A model generated the notes under the pieces. It worked only from the letters and a program-made list of their open reading frames with translations. It was not told where the DNA came from and searched no databases. Shown here piece after piece: positions 1-9,335 of a stretch of 56,907 bases of DNA. Source of the stretch: a virus (taxonomy: Duplodnaviria; Caudoviricetes); IMG/VR virus record IMGVR_UViG_3300021373_003004, positions 1 to 56,907 of that record, one strand, 5' to 3'. A program made the translations under genes and the position numbers. The stretch's first letter is position 1. Each line of letters opens with the position of its first letter.

Positions 1-1420
1 CAGGTTGAAGTGCACGACTAGCATAGTATCCTGTTCCAGCAGGTGCTGGAAATAAAGTTGGGTGAGGACCCACATAAAGCTGCCCAAATCTTGTAATAGC
101 AAAGCTACGTTGTCCAGATATTGGGGCTCCTATATAGCTTTGATAAGCACTTGCGGAACCAGTAAAGTCCTCACCGTCAAAGTACTGCGTTACTGCTCTA
201 GTATAGTTAACAAGGACAGAAAAGTTTCGTACATAACCGGCATTGAAATATCCCACAAACCCCGTTAGACCTGGTCCGATATAATCAATATTTCTTGTGT
301 AGTTGCGTTGATAAGTTCTATCAAGGTTATAAGTTGGACCAGTATAGGTTGTTCTGTTATATGTAGACTGATAAGTTCCAGTATATGTTTCAGCTTGCTG
401 TCTTACATAATCATTTTGAAAAGTGATTGTGTAAGGTGTTTCAAATACACTTGTGTAAGCTTTACTATATGCTCCAGTATATGTATTCGTGTATTGAGCT
501 GTGTACGCACGAGTATAGGCTACAGATTCAAAAATGCGTGTGTAGGCACTAGCATAAGAATTTTGATAGTTACCGGTGTATATGTTTGTGTAAGATCTAG
601 TGTAATCAATTGCGTAATAAGCAGTAAACGGACTGGAAAAATTCTGCTGACTAGTAGTTTGTTTTGTATCAGTAGCAGCACCAGCTGAAATCCAAGTTCC
701 AGGATCGGTTGGTGCACCCTGAGAAGCGGTTCTTAATTGATAAGTACCAATCTTTGAAGCCGTGATTCTAGTTTTTGCTCTTTGCCCAAATGAATATTTT
801 ATTTGACGATCATTCATAGCTTGAATACCGTCAAATCCACCATTGTCTCTTACAAATAGTGGTCTTACTGTAGTCGGAGCAGAATAACTATCTCTTCTAT
901 AAATGTTATAAACTACAGACGTTCCATCTGTTCTGGTATCAGTAAACGCATTAGATATGTGAACAGAATAATCAACACCAGGTGAACTGCTTGCAAGTTT
1001 AAACACGCCAGGATAATCATTAGTAAAAATAGTAGAAAGATAACGATCAACCGCTGAGTTTAAATCACTATCTGGCATTTGTTTAAAACCAGTCTCACCA
1101 CCAATGTCTACCCATCTAATAGGAATTTCTACGTCTGAATCAGTTTCAGCAGCTGTACCATTTCCTTGATAAATTGTAGTGGTGGTTGAACCACTAGTGA
1201 TCGATGTTGAGGGATGGGTTCCGACAGGTTCATTAAAAAAGTTATTTACATAATTACCTACGCTGTCACCACCACTTAACTTATTTAGAGCTGCTTCATC
1301 ACTCGAATCACCTGCAGCTAGATGTAACCCAATTTGATAGGCAATATAATTCTCTTCGGCAGTTGTGAATTCTTTAATTTCATCACCACCAACATTATTA
1401 ATTTTTAAAGGAGTTGCCAT
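1..1420 (-). CDS. Virion structural/fibre-like protein, truncated by the window edge; C-terminal half has an aromatic (Y/F) residue about every 4 positions
   Basis: Absent from the ORF track because it runs off the edge. ATG at 1420 (MATPLKINNVGGDEIKEF...), GAGG RBS upstream, frame open to position 1, two TATAAATA late promoters upstream. Confidence 0.8.
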   Translation of the reverse strand, partial: MATPLKINNVGGDEIKEFTTAEENYIAYQIGLHLAAGDSSDEAALNKLSGGDSVGNYVNNFFNEPVGTHPSTSITSGSTTTTIYQGNGTAAETDSDVEIPIRWVDIGGETGFKQMPDSDLNSAVDRYLSTIFTNDYPGVFKLASSSPGVDYSVHISNAFTDTRTDGTSVVYNIYRRDSYSAPTTVRPLFVRDNGGFDGIQAMNDRQIKYSFGQRAKTRITASKIGTYQLRTASQGAPTDPGTWISAGAATDTKQTTSQQNFSSPFTAYYAIDYTRSYTNIYTGNYQNSYASAYTRIFESVAYTRAYTAQYTNTYTGAYSKAYTSVFETPYTITFQNDYVRQQAETYTGTYQSTYNRTTYTGPTYNLDRTYQRNYTRNIDYIGPGLTGFVGYFNAGYVRNFSVLVNYTRAVTQYFDGEDFTGSASAYQSYIGAPISGQRSFAITRFGQLYVGPHPTLFPAPAGTGYYASRALQP

Positions 1421-1447
1421 TCAAATTACCTCAATTAACTTTTTATG

Positions 1448-1466
1448 TATTTATACATTATTTATA
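1448..1466 (-). promoter_or_regulatory. Two tandem T4-type late promoters (TATAAATA)
   Basis: tatttata at 1448-1455 and 1459-1466 on +, just upstream of the ATG at 1420. Confidence 0.7.
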
Positions 1467-2758
1467 AAGCCTGATTGCTTTGCTCCTGTAGCGCTATCAA
1501 ACACCAAAAATTCAAAAAGATCTGTTTCACCAGAGTCTGTTCTTGGTGAAGCTGAATCGTTTAACATAGATATTTTATCAGAATCCCACAATAGATTTGA
1601 TCTAGTAGCAGTAGAAATAGTTGGTGAATATCTAGCTATTAGATCTGCATCTTGATCACCCATGAAAAGGAAACCATCTGGGTTACCACTAGTATCTGGT
1701 GTAAATTCAGCATGCCTTATAATAGCATCTGCAATAGGATTGCCGGTATAATTAGGATTATATGTAGAGTAGCTACCGCTAATCGTAGAAACATCAAACG
1801 GCGTTGATAAAGTGTGTTCAAAAAACGCTCTGTCACCAATTGCCCATAGCCATATCTTATCACCATTATGATTTATTATTGCTCGAGCAAAATTAGAATT
1901 TCCAGTAGTAGGTGTAACAAACTTAGAATCGTAAATTGTGCTTGTATCATAAGCAGTACTTAGATAAAAAGCTAAAATTTGATTGCTAGGTGATGCACTG
2001 GTGTCAACACCAACTAAAACATGTCCATCAGCATAAAATTGTATACCTTCTATATCAGGACTAGTGTCACTACTGTAATCTGATACGGTTATAGTGTTTT
2101 CTAATGTTCTTGTAGAATTTAAATCATACGCAGAACTCAGTGAAAATTCATACACATAGTTACCACTTCCACCGTTATAAGCAAAATATATTTTAGTGCC
2201 ATCATTATTAAACTCCATAGCACCATTATTGCTTGGATAAGTGTATATAGGTATGGATATAAATCCAGTATCAAATCTGACACTTTGGTCATAGTCGTTA
2301 TTATAGTTTGTCCCATCGCTATCTAAATCAAAAGGGTCGTTTAATGATAACCTTCTTACATAATTACGTCCGCTAGCATTATTATAATAGAAAAGCTTTG
2401 TCCCATCATGTGAAAATGTAAAATTTGTATGCCAGTCACTGCCCTGAGGACCCCAAGTTGTAGCACTTCCCAAGCTACCAAATGTAGGGCTAGTTCGTAC
2501 TGCACCTCTGCCATTAAATAGCAGGGTTACTTTCTTACTTTCACCTGGATCAGGCCAACCACTCATTGATAACTTTTCTTTTAACCTAGCTTTATTGGTT
2601 CCTGGATTAGGAATCTCAAAAATACTTCCTGTACTTAGATCTAAGTTAAGATTTCCTTCACGGCCGTCTACTACTCCACCATCACTATCACTAGTGTCAG
2701 TGACGTTAAAAACACTATTATCCGATATAGCAATTTTGTTTCCTATTTTAAACGCCAT
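1451..2758 (-). CDS. Putative receptor-binding/tail appendage protein with an inserted beta-propeller (MAFKI paralogue 1)
   Basis: Repeats F(S/N)xDGTK...(L/S)xxx(Y/F)DxS; N- and C-terminal segments shared with the two neighbours. Confidence 0.65.
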   Translation of the reverse strand: MAFKIGNKIAISDNSVFNVTDTSDSDGGVVDGREGNLNLDLSTGSIFEIPNPGTNKARLKEKLSMSGWPDPGESKKVTLLFNGRGAVRTSPTFGSLGSATTWGPQGSDWHTNFTFSHDGTKLFYYNNASGRNYVRRLSLNDPFDLDSDGTNYNNDYDQSVRFDTGFISIPIYTYPSNNGAMEFNNDGTKIYFAYNGGSGNYVYEFSLSSAYDLNSTRTLENTITVSDYSSDTSPDIEGIQFYADGHVLVGVDTSASPSNQILAFYLSTAYDTSTIYDSKFVTPTTGNSNFARAIINHNGDKIWLWAIGDRAFFEHTLSTPFDVSTISGSYSTYNPNYTGNPIADAIIRHAEFTPDTSGNPDGFLFMGDQDADLIARYSPTISTATRSNLLWDSDKISMLNDSASPRTDSGETDLFEFLVFDSATGAKQSGFINNV

Positions 2759-2760
2759 GG

Positions 2761-4056
2761 CTATCCCTTATAAAGTTCTTTTGCATACCAGTTACTACCA
2801 CTATCTATACTAATAAACTCTAAGTATGATGTTTCACCAGTTCCAGGGAAATCTATATAACCATCTTCAAAGTGCACATTTGCTGGAAAGGCAAACGTTT
2901 GAGGAACTTGGTTTCCAGTACTATCTTCAATTCTAAATAAGTATAAAAAATCAGCACCAGGACCGCCGTTTTGCTCTAGTCCATAATAATAATGACCGCC
3001 TGGTCTTACAGCAAAACGACCTATACCTTGTTGACCAGTTTGAATTACTGGTCTAGCATCACCTGGGCCAGTACCTGGACCAAAAGATGTAGAATAAGTA
3101 GAGTCTAAATGCCATGGGGTTAACCACTCTGTTTTATATAATTCTGAGGTAAATATGCTCTCATCTTCACCTAAAATATAAGTGTTTTCGGATGCTACTC
3201 TTAAATCCTGTCCGGATCTGATTCCATAACCAACCCTTTTATTCAATACCATAGAGCTAGAGTCAATTGACCATGGTGTTTCTAAATCCCACAATCTACT
3301 GATGCTATAATCATCATTACTTTGTATTATTTTAGTGCCGTCTCTTTTAATATCCCATCTATTTATTTCATTTGCATCTGATGCTGCACTTGAGACAGGC
3401 CATCGTATATATTCACCTAAGCTTGCTGTTGATAAATCCCAAGCAGATGACATGTCATATCTGTATAAATGAGTGCGGGTACCTCTAAATAAATAATTTC
3501 CTTCTTCACTAATACGTAAGGTTTCTGTCCAAGCACCATCACCTCCGGAGCTATCAGCTCCGGCTCCTAATGTTAATTCATCATCTACACTACCTAAACT
3601 GTTATATGCCCAAGCCGAACTTGGAGTATAGTGTTTAATTTTATTAGCTAGATGGTCATAGAAATACCAATGTAAACCATCTCTACTGACTTCGAAAGAC
3701 TGCATTTCTGCACCAGTACCAAATGGACTTGTAACAGCTACTTGAGTACTTGTAAATCTTCCAAAACCACTTCGGTTTTCATTTCCTGTTAATTTCAAAA
3801 CAAATCTTCGAGGATTTTCACCATAAGTAGCTTCATCAAAGGAAAAATTTAATATGTTAGAAACACCAGTACTATAGTCTACATCAGGGGCTGTAAGTTC
3901 AACTAAACTTGTACCCCAACCAAAATTTTTAGTATGGCCGCTAGCAGTACTACTAAACCCACCAGAGTCTACACCAAATAAATTAGTGACATCAGTACCT
4001 TCAGCAAATTGTGAAGAATCATTAATGATTATGTCAGACGATATCTTAAATGCCAT
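2761..4056 (-). CDS. Putative receptor-binding/tail appendage protein with an inserted beta-propeller (MAFKI paralogue 2)
   Basis: SSAWDLSTAS, ETPWSIDS and LTPWHLDS propeller-type repeats; C-terminal LEFISIDSGSNWY motif. Confidence 0.65.
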   Translation of the reverse strand: MAFKISSDIIINDSSQFAEGTDVTNLFGVDSGGFSSTASGHTKNFGWGTSLVELTAPDVDYSTGVSNILNFSFDEATYGENPRRFVLKLTGNENRSGFGRFTSTQVAVTSPFGTGAEMQSFEVSRDGLHWYFYDHLANKIKHYTPSSAWAYNSLGSVDDELTLGAGADSSGGDGAWTETLRISEEGNYLFRGTRTHLYRYDMSSAWDLSTASLGEYIRWPVSSAASDANEINRWDIKRDGTKIIQSNDDYSISRLWDLETPWSIDSSSMVLNKRVGYGIRSGQDLRVASENTYILGEDESIFTSELYKTEWLTPWHLDSTYSTSFGPGTGPGDARPVIQTGQQGIGRFAVRPGGHYYYGLEQNGGPGADFLYLFRIEDSTGNQVPQTFAFPANVHFEDGYIDFPGTGETSYLEFISIDSGSNWYAKELYKG

Positions 4057-4520
4057 TATCTACAATTCCTCATATAAACATTACCATAATATGAAGTACC
4101 AGTATCGTTTGTTACAAATTTAAAGATTTGAGTAAATGTATCACTTAAACCCGTGTTAGAGTTATTTAATGAGCCAACTGCATCCTTAAAATTTACAGTC
4201 TGATAATTATTAAATGTATTTGTAGTGTCATTATATACATCTTTGTAATTATGCCAAAACACATAAAATTCAAAATGTTTTATTGATGGATTTCCAAAAT
4301 CAAATCTTACATCTCCTGATACACCTGTGTAATCTGGCGTAAAATCAAAGTAATTACCTGTAGACTGATCTAGAGTTACAATTAAATTACCACTACTCAG
4401 AGCAGTTGAAACAACACCTTTTTTTCCTGATTGATTTCCCCTTGCTTCACCAGTATCTGTTATAACAGTACTAGATCCACCCTGATTTGTGTATAAACTA
4501 CTACCTATTTTGAAAGCCAT
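4056..4520 (-). CDS. Small virion protein (MAFKI paralogue 3, scaffold without propeller)
   Basis: LDQSTGNYF and FKFVTNDTGTSYYG match the termini of the two longer paralogues. Confidence 0.6.
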   Translation of the reverse strand: MAFKIGSSLYTNQGGSSTVITDTGEARGNQSGKKGVVSTALSSGNLIVTLDQSTGNYFDFTPDYTGVSGDVRFDFGNPSIKHFEFYVFWHNYKDVYNDTTNTFNNYQTVNFKDAVGSLNNSNTGLSDTFTQIFKFVTNDTGTSYYGNVYMRNCR

Positions 4521-4521
4521 A

Positions 4522-6186
4522 TTAGAGCCCTCTTTTTAGATCATCAATCTCGTGTTTTAGATCTTTAATAGCTTCTATCAATACACCAATCATCTTACTA
4601 TAGTCTACTGACTTCATACCACTGTCATCTGTCTTTACAACTTCAGGTAAAACAGTCTCAACTTCCTGGGCGATTACACCGACTTTACGATCAGTTTCAC
4701 CGATTTTATTATAATAAACGCCTCTAAGTGTATCTACTATCTCTAGTCCGTCAGTAATTGTTTCAACGTTCTCTTTAACACGCATATCAGATTGTGATGT
4801 GATATCACCTACAACGGTCATATCCTCACCACTCCATGTCGTGTTAGTAGTAGATGTTCCAGTTTTTAATATTACAGTACCAGAACCACCAGTTAAATCT
4901 ATCGTACCTCTATGCTCTGAAGCACCGTTGTCTCGTAGAAAAATTTGACCGCCATCAGCATCTAAGTAAATATCACCGCTAACATCAAATCTCAAATCAC
5001 CTGTTCTAGTATTTGTTTCCGGAAGTGCCGTAAACTGCCCACCAATTAGGTTAATTGTTCCATTAGAGTCAATAGTAGGAATCTCGATATTTCCACCCAA
5101 ACTTCCGGATACACCATTTACCGAGAATGTTGAGTTTGCTAGTTTAGCATTTGCAATCGAACCCGCTAGTTGATCGTTTGAAACACCACCTGTTTTAATG
5201 CTTACTTCACCACTAGATGTGCTAAATGACGCACTATTAAATGATGCAATACCTTTATTCGCTGTAGTTGCATCTTCACCTGCAATTTCACCAGCAGTAA
5301 TATCAATTCCCTCACCAGCTGAGAAGTGAGCTCTTACTTCAGATGCACTTGGTCCCGTGTATGTGAACACGCCTGTACCAGAAGCATAAGTTAGCGACCC
5401 ATCACCACCACCATCAGTAATACTTAAGCTACCTCTTGCTAGTTCGATGACCTCAGCTGAATCAACGATATCAACTGTAATATCATCACCCAAATTACCA
5501 GATACACCATTTACAGAGAATGTAGAATTTGTTATACTTGAATTAGGGATATTAGCTAGACTATATTTTACGGTAGCAGAATCGAACGTTATACCAGAAG
5601 CTGCATCTGCCTTTAATGTAGATTTAATCAAACCTACTGATGTTCCAGAGTCAGTAATATCAATAGTACCTGATGTGCCTAAAGCTATTTCAATACCGTT
5701 TACTGTTAGACTATTATTAGTTAGTTTACTATTTGCAATAGATCTATTAGCAATTGTAGCAATGACATTTGAGTCAGCAAAGTTGCTGTCAAACATAGCC
5801 TGAGCTTCAGCTGAATCTAAAGCAGATGCAATTGAAGCATTAATAGCGACTAAGTTACTATCGATCATAGATTGTGCTTCACCAGAATCCAACATAGAGT
5901 TGATTGCTGAAACAATATCTGAAGTTTCTGGTGTGTTCAGTAGTGCTAGATCACCTAAGCTACTGTCTAAACTGTTAATTGCGCTTACTAAATCGGTTTT
6001 TACATTTGTAGTAAGTGATGTTCTTGTACCTTGGTTACTGTCTACACTGTTAATGGCTGCTACAATATTTGTACTAGAGTCAGTATTCAATAGAGCAAGA
6101 TCACCAACAGAATCTACTAGTTTGTTAAAACTAGTTCTGAAAGTGTTAAAAGTCGAAGATAGATTAATTGGTGGAATCTTAGCCAT
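4522..6186 (-). CDS. Tail fibre protein with C-terminal peptidase S74 intramolecular chaperone
   Basis: SDMRVKENVETI...GVIAQEVETVLPEVV...VDYSKMIGVLIEAIKDL S74 signature; internal repeats GDLALLNT x2 and NSTFSVNGVSG x2. Confidence 0.9.
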   Translation of the reverse strand: MAKIPPINLSSTFNTFRTSFNKLVDSVGDLALLNTDSSTNIVAAINSVDSNQGTRTSLTTNVKTDLVSAINSLDSSLGDLALLNTPETSDIVSAINSMLDSGEAQSMIDSNLVAINASIASALDSAEAQAMFDSNFADSNVIATIANRSIANSKLTNNSLTVNGIEIALGTSGTIDITDSGTSVGLIKSTLKADAASGITFDSATVKYSLANIPNSSITNSTFSVNGVSGNLGDDITVDIVDSAEVIELARGSLSITDGGGDGSLTYASGTGVFTYTGPSASEVRAHFSAGEGIDITAGEIAGEDATTANKGIASFNSASFSTSSGEVSIKTGGVSNDQLAGSIANAKLANSTFSVNGVSGSLGGNIEIPTIDSNGTINLIGGQFTALPETNTRTGDLRFDVSGDIYLDADGGQIFLRDNGASEHRGTIDLTGGSGTVILKTGTSTTNTTWSGEDMTVVGDITSQSDMRVKENVETITDGLEIVDTLRGVYYNKIGETDRKVGVIAQEVETVLPEVVKTDDSGMKSVDYSKMIGVLIEAIKDLKHEIDDLKRGL

Positions 6187-6394
6187 TTGAATTCTTCTCT
6201 AATAGTTGTTGCAGCATGCCTTTAATATCATTAACATCACTTTTTAACTTATCTAGTTCTTCATCTTTTTCTTTTAGTTTTATTAACCGCTCGCGAGCTG
6301 CTTGTACTTTTCTACTATTTATGTTAATTAAAGCGCCAGTTTCACCGTCTCTTACTAAATCTGGATAACTTTCAACTTTCATATATTTCGCCAT
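6179..6394 (-). CDS. Small conserved T4-like protein with coiled-coil C-terminus
   Basis: KVE..PDLVRDGETGALIN motif; coupled within the late operon. Confidence 0.7.
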   Translation of the reverse strand: MAKYMKVESYPDLVRDGETGALININSRKVQAARERLIKLKEKDEELDKLKSDVNDIKGMLQQLLEKNSNG

Positions 6395-6401
6395 GCAACA
6401 C

Positions 6402-8066
6402 CTAAATTGTTGAAATAATTCTTAGGTTCTTAAATATAGGAACCTTAGTTGTAATTTCTGAATTCATGACAATTTTAACTTGGAACTGATCAAATTCAGG
6501 CAAATCAAACTGACTAAAGTAATATTCTTTAAATGTAAAGGTATCATTTGTAGCCATATCATCATAGTTTGATCTATTAGCTGTTGTTTGATTGGTGTTA
6601 AATTTTACCCAATTCTTATCACCAATTTGTGTTTGATCATTAGCTATTGCTGTTCTATACCATACAGTAAATGAAGATCTAGCTGGTCTATAAGCATCAA
6701 CAAAAACTTTCATAGACGAAGCTTTTTCTTTTAGTGTTACAACCTTCGTAATATGTCTAGCTAAAGATGACGCAGCAAATGGTGAGGTTTCTGGTACATA
6801 TGGAATAGTATGAACCATATTGAAACCACTTGCTCCATTACTATCATACCCATCGGCTCCAGCAAAAGCACCAGCAGAATCAGAGTTATCGATAAGGTGG
6901 TGTAAAGCTGTAATAGAGGTAGCGTTTGCGTTTATGTATGGAGCTGTATTTACATTTCCTGTATTTAAAATCACACCAACTTTTAATGATCCTTTTTGTA
7001 AACCTTTATCAGAGTCTTGGAACCTGTTTGCAATTACTGCAGGTCTCTCTGGTTCTTGCCACTTATTTAAATCAATATTACGTGAATGAATATTATAAGC
7101 GGCGTCTGTACCCCCGTAAGGTTTAAATGTTCTATACTGTATGTGTGATTTTATTCCTGTTGCAGTAGGAATAGAAACTGGCATATTTACTTTAAACTGA
7201 TCAAACACCTGTTGTCCTTCAGAAAACACTAAGTTTCCTCCAGATCTGATGTCAGAATCAGCCGCAGAGTCTGCGGTAATTGTATAACCAAACGGATCCC
7301 GGTTTTTTATAGTTCTTTTACCTAAGATACTGCTTCCATTCATACCAGCATAAGTAGTCGCTGAATCTAAGCCAGTGATTCTTACGGTATCACCATTCAT
7401 TAGACCATGATTAGGATGTAGTACCTTCACATCAGAATCAGTACTAGTAAAAAATAACGGATTAGTTTCTAAATTGTTTGTTGTAAGTTTTTCTGGTGCT
7501 GGAATAGCAGCACCAAATCTAGCTACACTATTTGTCTTTCTAAATGTAGCCTTATAAAGTTTAAATGTTAAATCCCGCTTTTGTTCAGCTGTCCACGTTG
7601 TGCCATTTGCTGAACTAAAGAACGAACCAACGTAAGGTTGATTGGTTACACGTTTTTCTGTAGTTCCGTAAACGAACTCACCCAATTCAGCTGTCCAAAC
7701 TTGATAATCACCAGGAGCAGCGTTTGTATGAATTACTAGTGCGACCTCAGTGTTATTAGGTACATATAACGGCGATTCAAATGTAAATTTCGTTTCTCCA
7801 GTGGTTGCATCAAACGCAGTGGATGCTGTTATGTCAGCTCTTGCTTTACTAGTAATTGTTCCAGGATAAACTTTAAGTCCAGAAGGATTACCGCCTTCTG
7901 TAACAGGCCTGATCTCTATATTTACTGGTAAGTTAGGAGAAGTTACAGCAGGTTTACTATAAAAATAAAGACCAACACCAGTCAAAACTACTCCACCAGG
8001 TTCTGTAATCCTAATGGTTTGAGCTACTGGGTTTGTAACTTGTGTTAGATTTAAGTATTGTGTCAT
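6402..8066 (-). CDS. Virion structural protein, C-terminal part of a DUF4815/VrlC-like protein
   Basis: PVAQT..GVVLTGVGLYF, GSFFSSANGTTWTAEQKRDLTF and FDQFQVKIVM...VPIFKNLRIIS motifs; own RBS. Confidence 0.75.
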   Translation of the reverse strand: MTQYLNLTQVTNPVAQTIRITEPGGVVLTGVGLYFYSKPAVTSPNLPVNIEIRPVTEGGNPSGLKVYPGTITSKARADITASTAFDATTGETKFTFESPLYVPNNTEVALVIHTNAAPGDYQVWTAELGEFVYGTTEKRVTNQPYVGSFFSSANGTTWTAEQKRDLTFKLYKATFRKTNSVARFGAAIPAPEKLTTNNLETNPLFFTSTDSDVKVLHPNHGLMNGDTVRITGLDSATTYAGMNGSSILGKRTIKNRDPFGYTITADSAADSDIRSGGNLVFSEGQQVFDQFKVNMPVSIPTATGIKSHIQYRTFKPYGGTDAAYNIHSRNIDLNKWQEPERPAVIANRFQDSDKGLQKGSLKVGVILNTGNVNTAPYINANATSITALHHLIDNSDSAGAFAGADGYDSNGASGFNMVHTIPYVPETSPFAASSLARHITKVVTLKEKASSMKVFVDAYRPARSSFTVWYRTAIANDQTQIGDKNWVKFNTNQTTANRSNYDDMATNDTFTFKEYYFSQFDLPEFDQFQVKIVMNSEITTKVPIFKNLRIISTI

Positions 8067-8078
8067 TATTTTTTCCTA

Positions 8079-9323
8079 TTAAACTACTTCACCATTTTCT
8101 CTGATGAATTGTACTTCTCCGCCAACAGTATCAAAAACCTTCATCCAGAATTTTTCTACGGGTTTAAATATCCAACCATATTTATTTTCACCATAATACC
8201 ACTTGCCATAGCATACTAATGGATCAGCAAATGTTTTTGTTACTACCCACTTTGTAACTTTAGACTTGCGCATCATAGGAACTAAGACTTCAGCTACTTT
8301 ATAATAACCTCGTCTATTTCGTTCAGTCATTTTTTCATCACGGTATCTACGAACTACCTTGTCCATAGTTCCATTACCGTAACGTGCTTCTAACATAATA
8401 AAGCAACATACAGCAGCAAGAATGCCCACAACTGCACCGGCAATACCGCCACCAACAACTGAGGCACCAATCACAGCCGCCGCGGCAGCACCGACAATTG
8501 CACCCTTTGCTGCTTCGTCTGCTACAGAGCCGTTTTTGTTTCCTAATAAGCCATCATCAATCGGATCATCATCTGGAGGAGCACCAATGGTGTTGAAGTC
8601 ATCGTCGTCATCCGGGTCTACATTTGGCAATTTACATACTATTTCTGTCGGTGGGTTTTCAGTCGATTCTTTCGTATCAATAGTTTCTGTATCTTTATCA
8701 GTATCATCTACAACATCCGGTTCATCTTCAATCTCCGGCTCAACCCAAACATCAACCTCTTCTGTCCAAGTAACTGTTCTAGTACCTGTCCTAGCTACAG
8801 AATAATAATCAATTCTATAATTTTCAACACCACCGTCACTTGTAAACTCTTGCGTGGCTTGAGACGTGCTCTCATTTGGGCTGTATTTACTGATGTCTAA
8901 TACAGTAAAGTTCCTTGTGCCAGCAGGGAAAGATAGCGCATCATTACTTTGAAGATAAAACACACCCTCAATAGATCCTGTATCATCAGAATAAATTTCC
9001 GACGTTGGACCACCTAAAGCTGTAGGAAATCCAGTTTCTGCAACATATTTTTCCCCAGGATTTCTCCTTGCATCGTCTTTCGAAAGATTATAAAAGTCTT
9101 CAACAGTAACACTATCAGTACTTACATAGTTTGTCACATTAATATTGTCGAAGAAAAAGAAATGACGTTCATTGGGTCTTAGACCAGATACTCTAAAGTA
9201 AATAAATTTCGGTCTAGCAATAGTCACATCATCAAAACCAGTATAAACTGATCTAGATTTAGTAACATAATAAGTATAACTCTCTGTGCCCGATCTTGTT
9301 ACAGTGTTAGTTACATAAGGCAT
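8079..9323 (-). CDS. Virion structural protein, middle part of a DUF4815/VrlC-like protein, fused to an acidic linker, hydrophobic segment and CFI-box-like C-terminal domain
   Basis: GLRPNERHFFFFDNINVT...FPAGTRNF motif; C-terminal CCFIMLEARY...RRYRD...GYY; AGGAG RBS. Confidence 0.7.
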   Translation of the reverse strand: MPYVTNTVTRSGTESYTYYVTKSRSVYTGFDDVTIARPKFIYFRVSGLRPNERHFFFFDNINVTNYVSTDSVTVEDFYNLSKDDARRNPGEKYVAETGFPTALGGPTSEIYSDDTGSIEGVFYLQSNDALSFPAGTRNFTVLDISKYSPNESTSQATQEFTSDGGVENYRIDYYSVARTGTRTVTWTEEVDVWVEPEIEDEPDVVDDTDKDTETIDTKESTENPPTEIVCKLPNVDPDDDDDFNTIGAPPDDDPIDDGLLGNKNGSVADEAAKGAIVGAAAAAVIGASVVGGGIAGAVVGILAAVCCFIMLEARYGNGTMDKVVRRYRDEKMTERNRRGYYKVAEVLVPMMRKSKVTKWVVTKTFADPLVCYGKWYYGENKYGWIFKPVEKFWMKVFDTVGGEVQFIRENGEVV

Positions 9324-9335
9324 TCTTTTCTCCTA

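Noticed and set aside
1-6186. Diversity-generating retroelement acting on fibre genes
   Set aside because: No reverse transcriptase and no adenine-specific template/variable repeat pair seen; fibre repeats are ordinary protein-level duplications.
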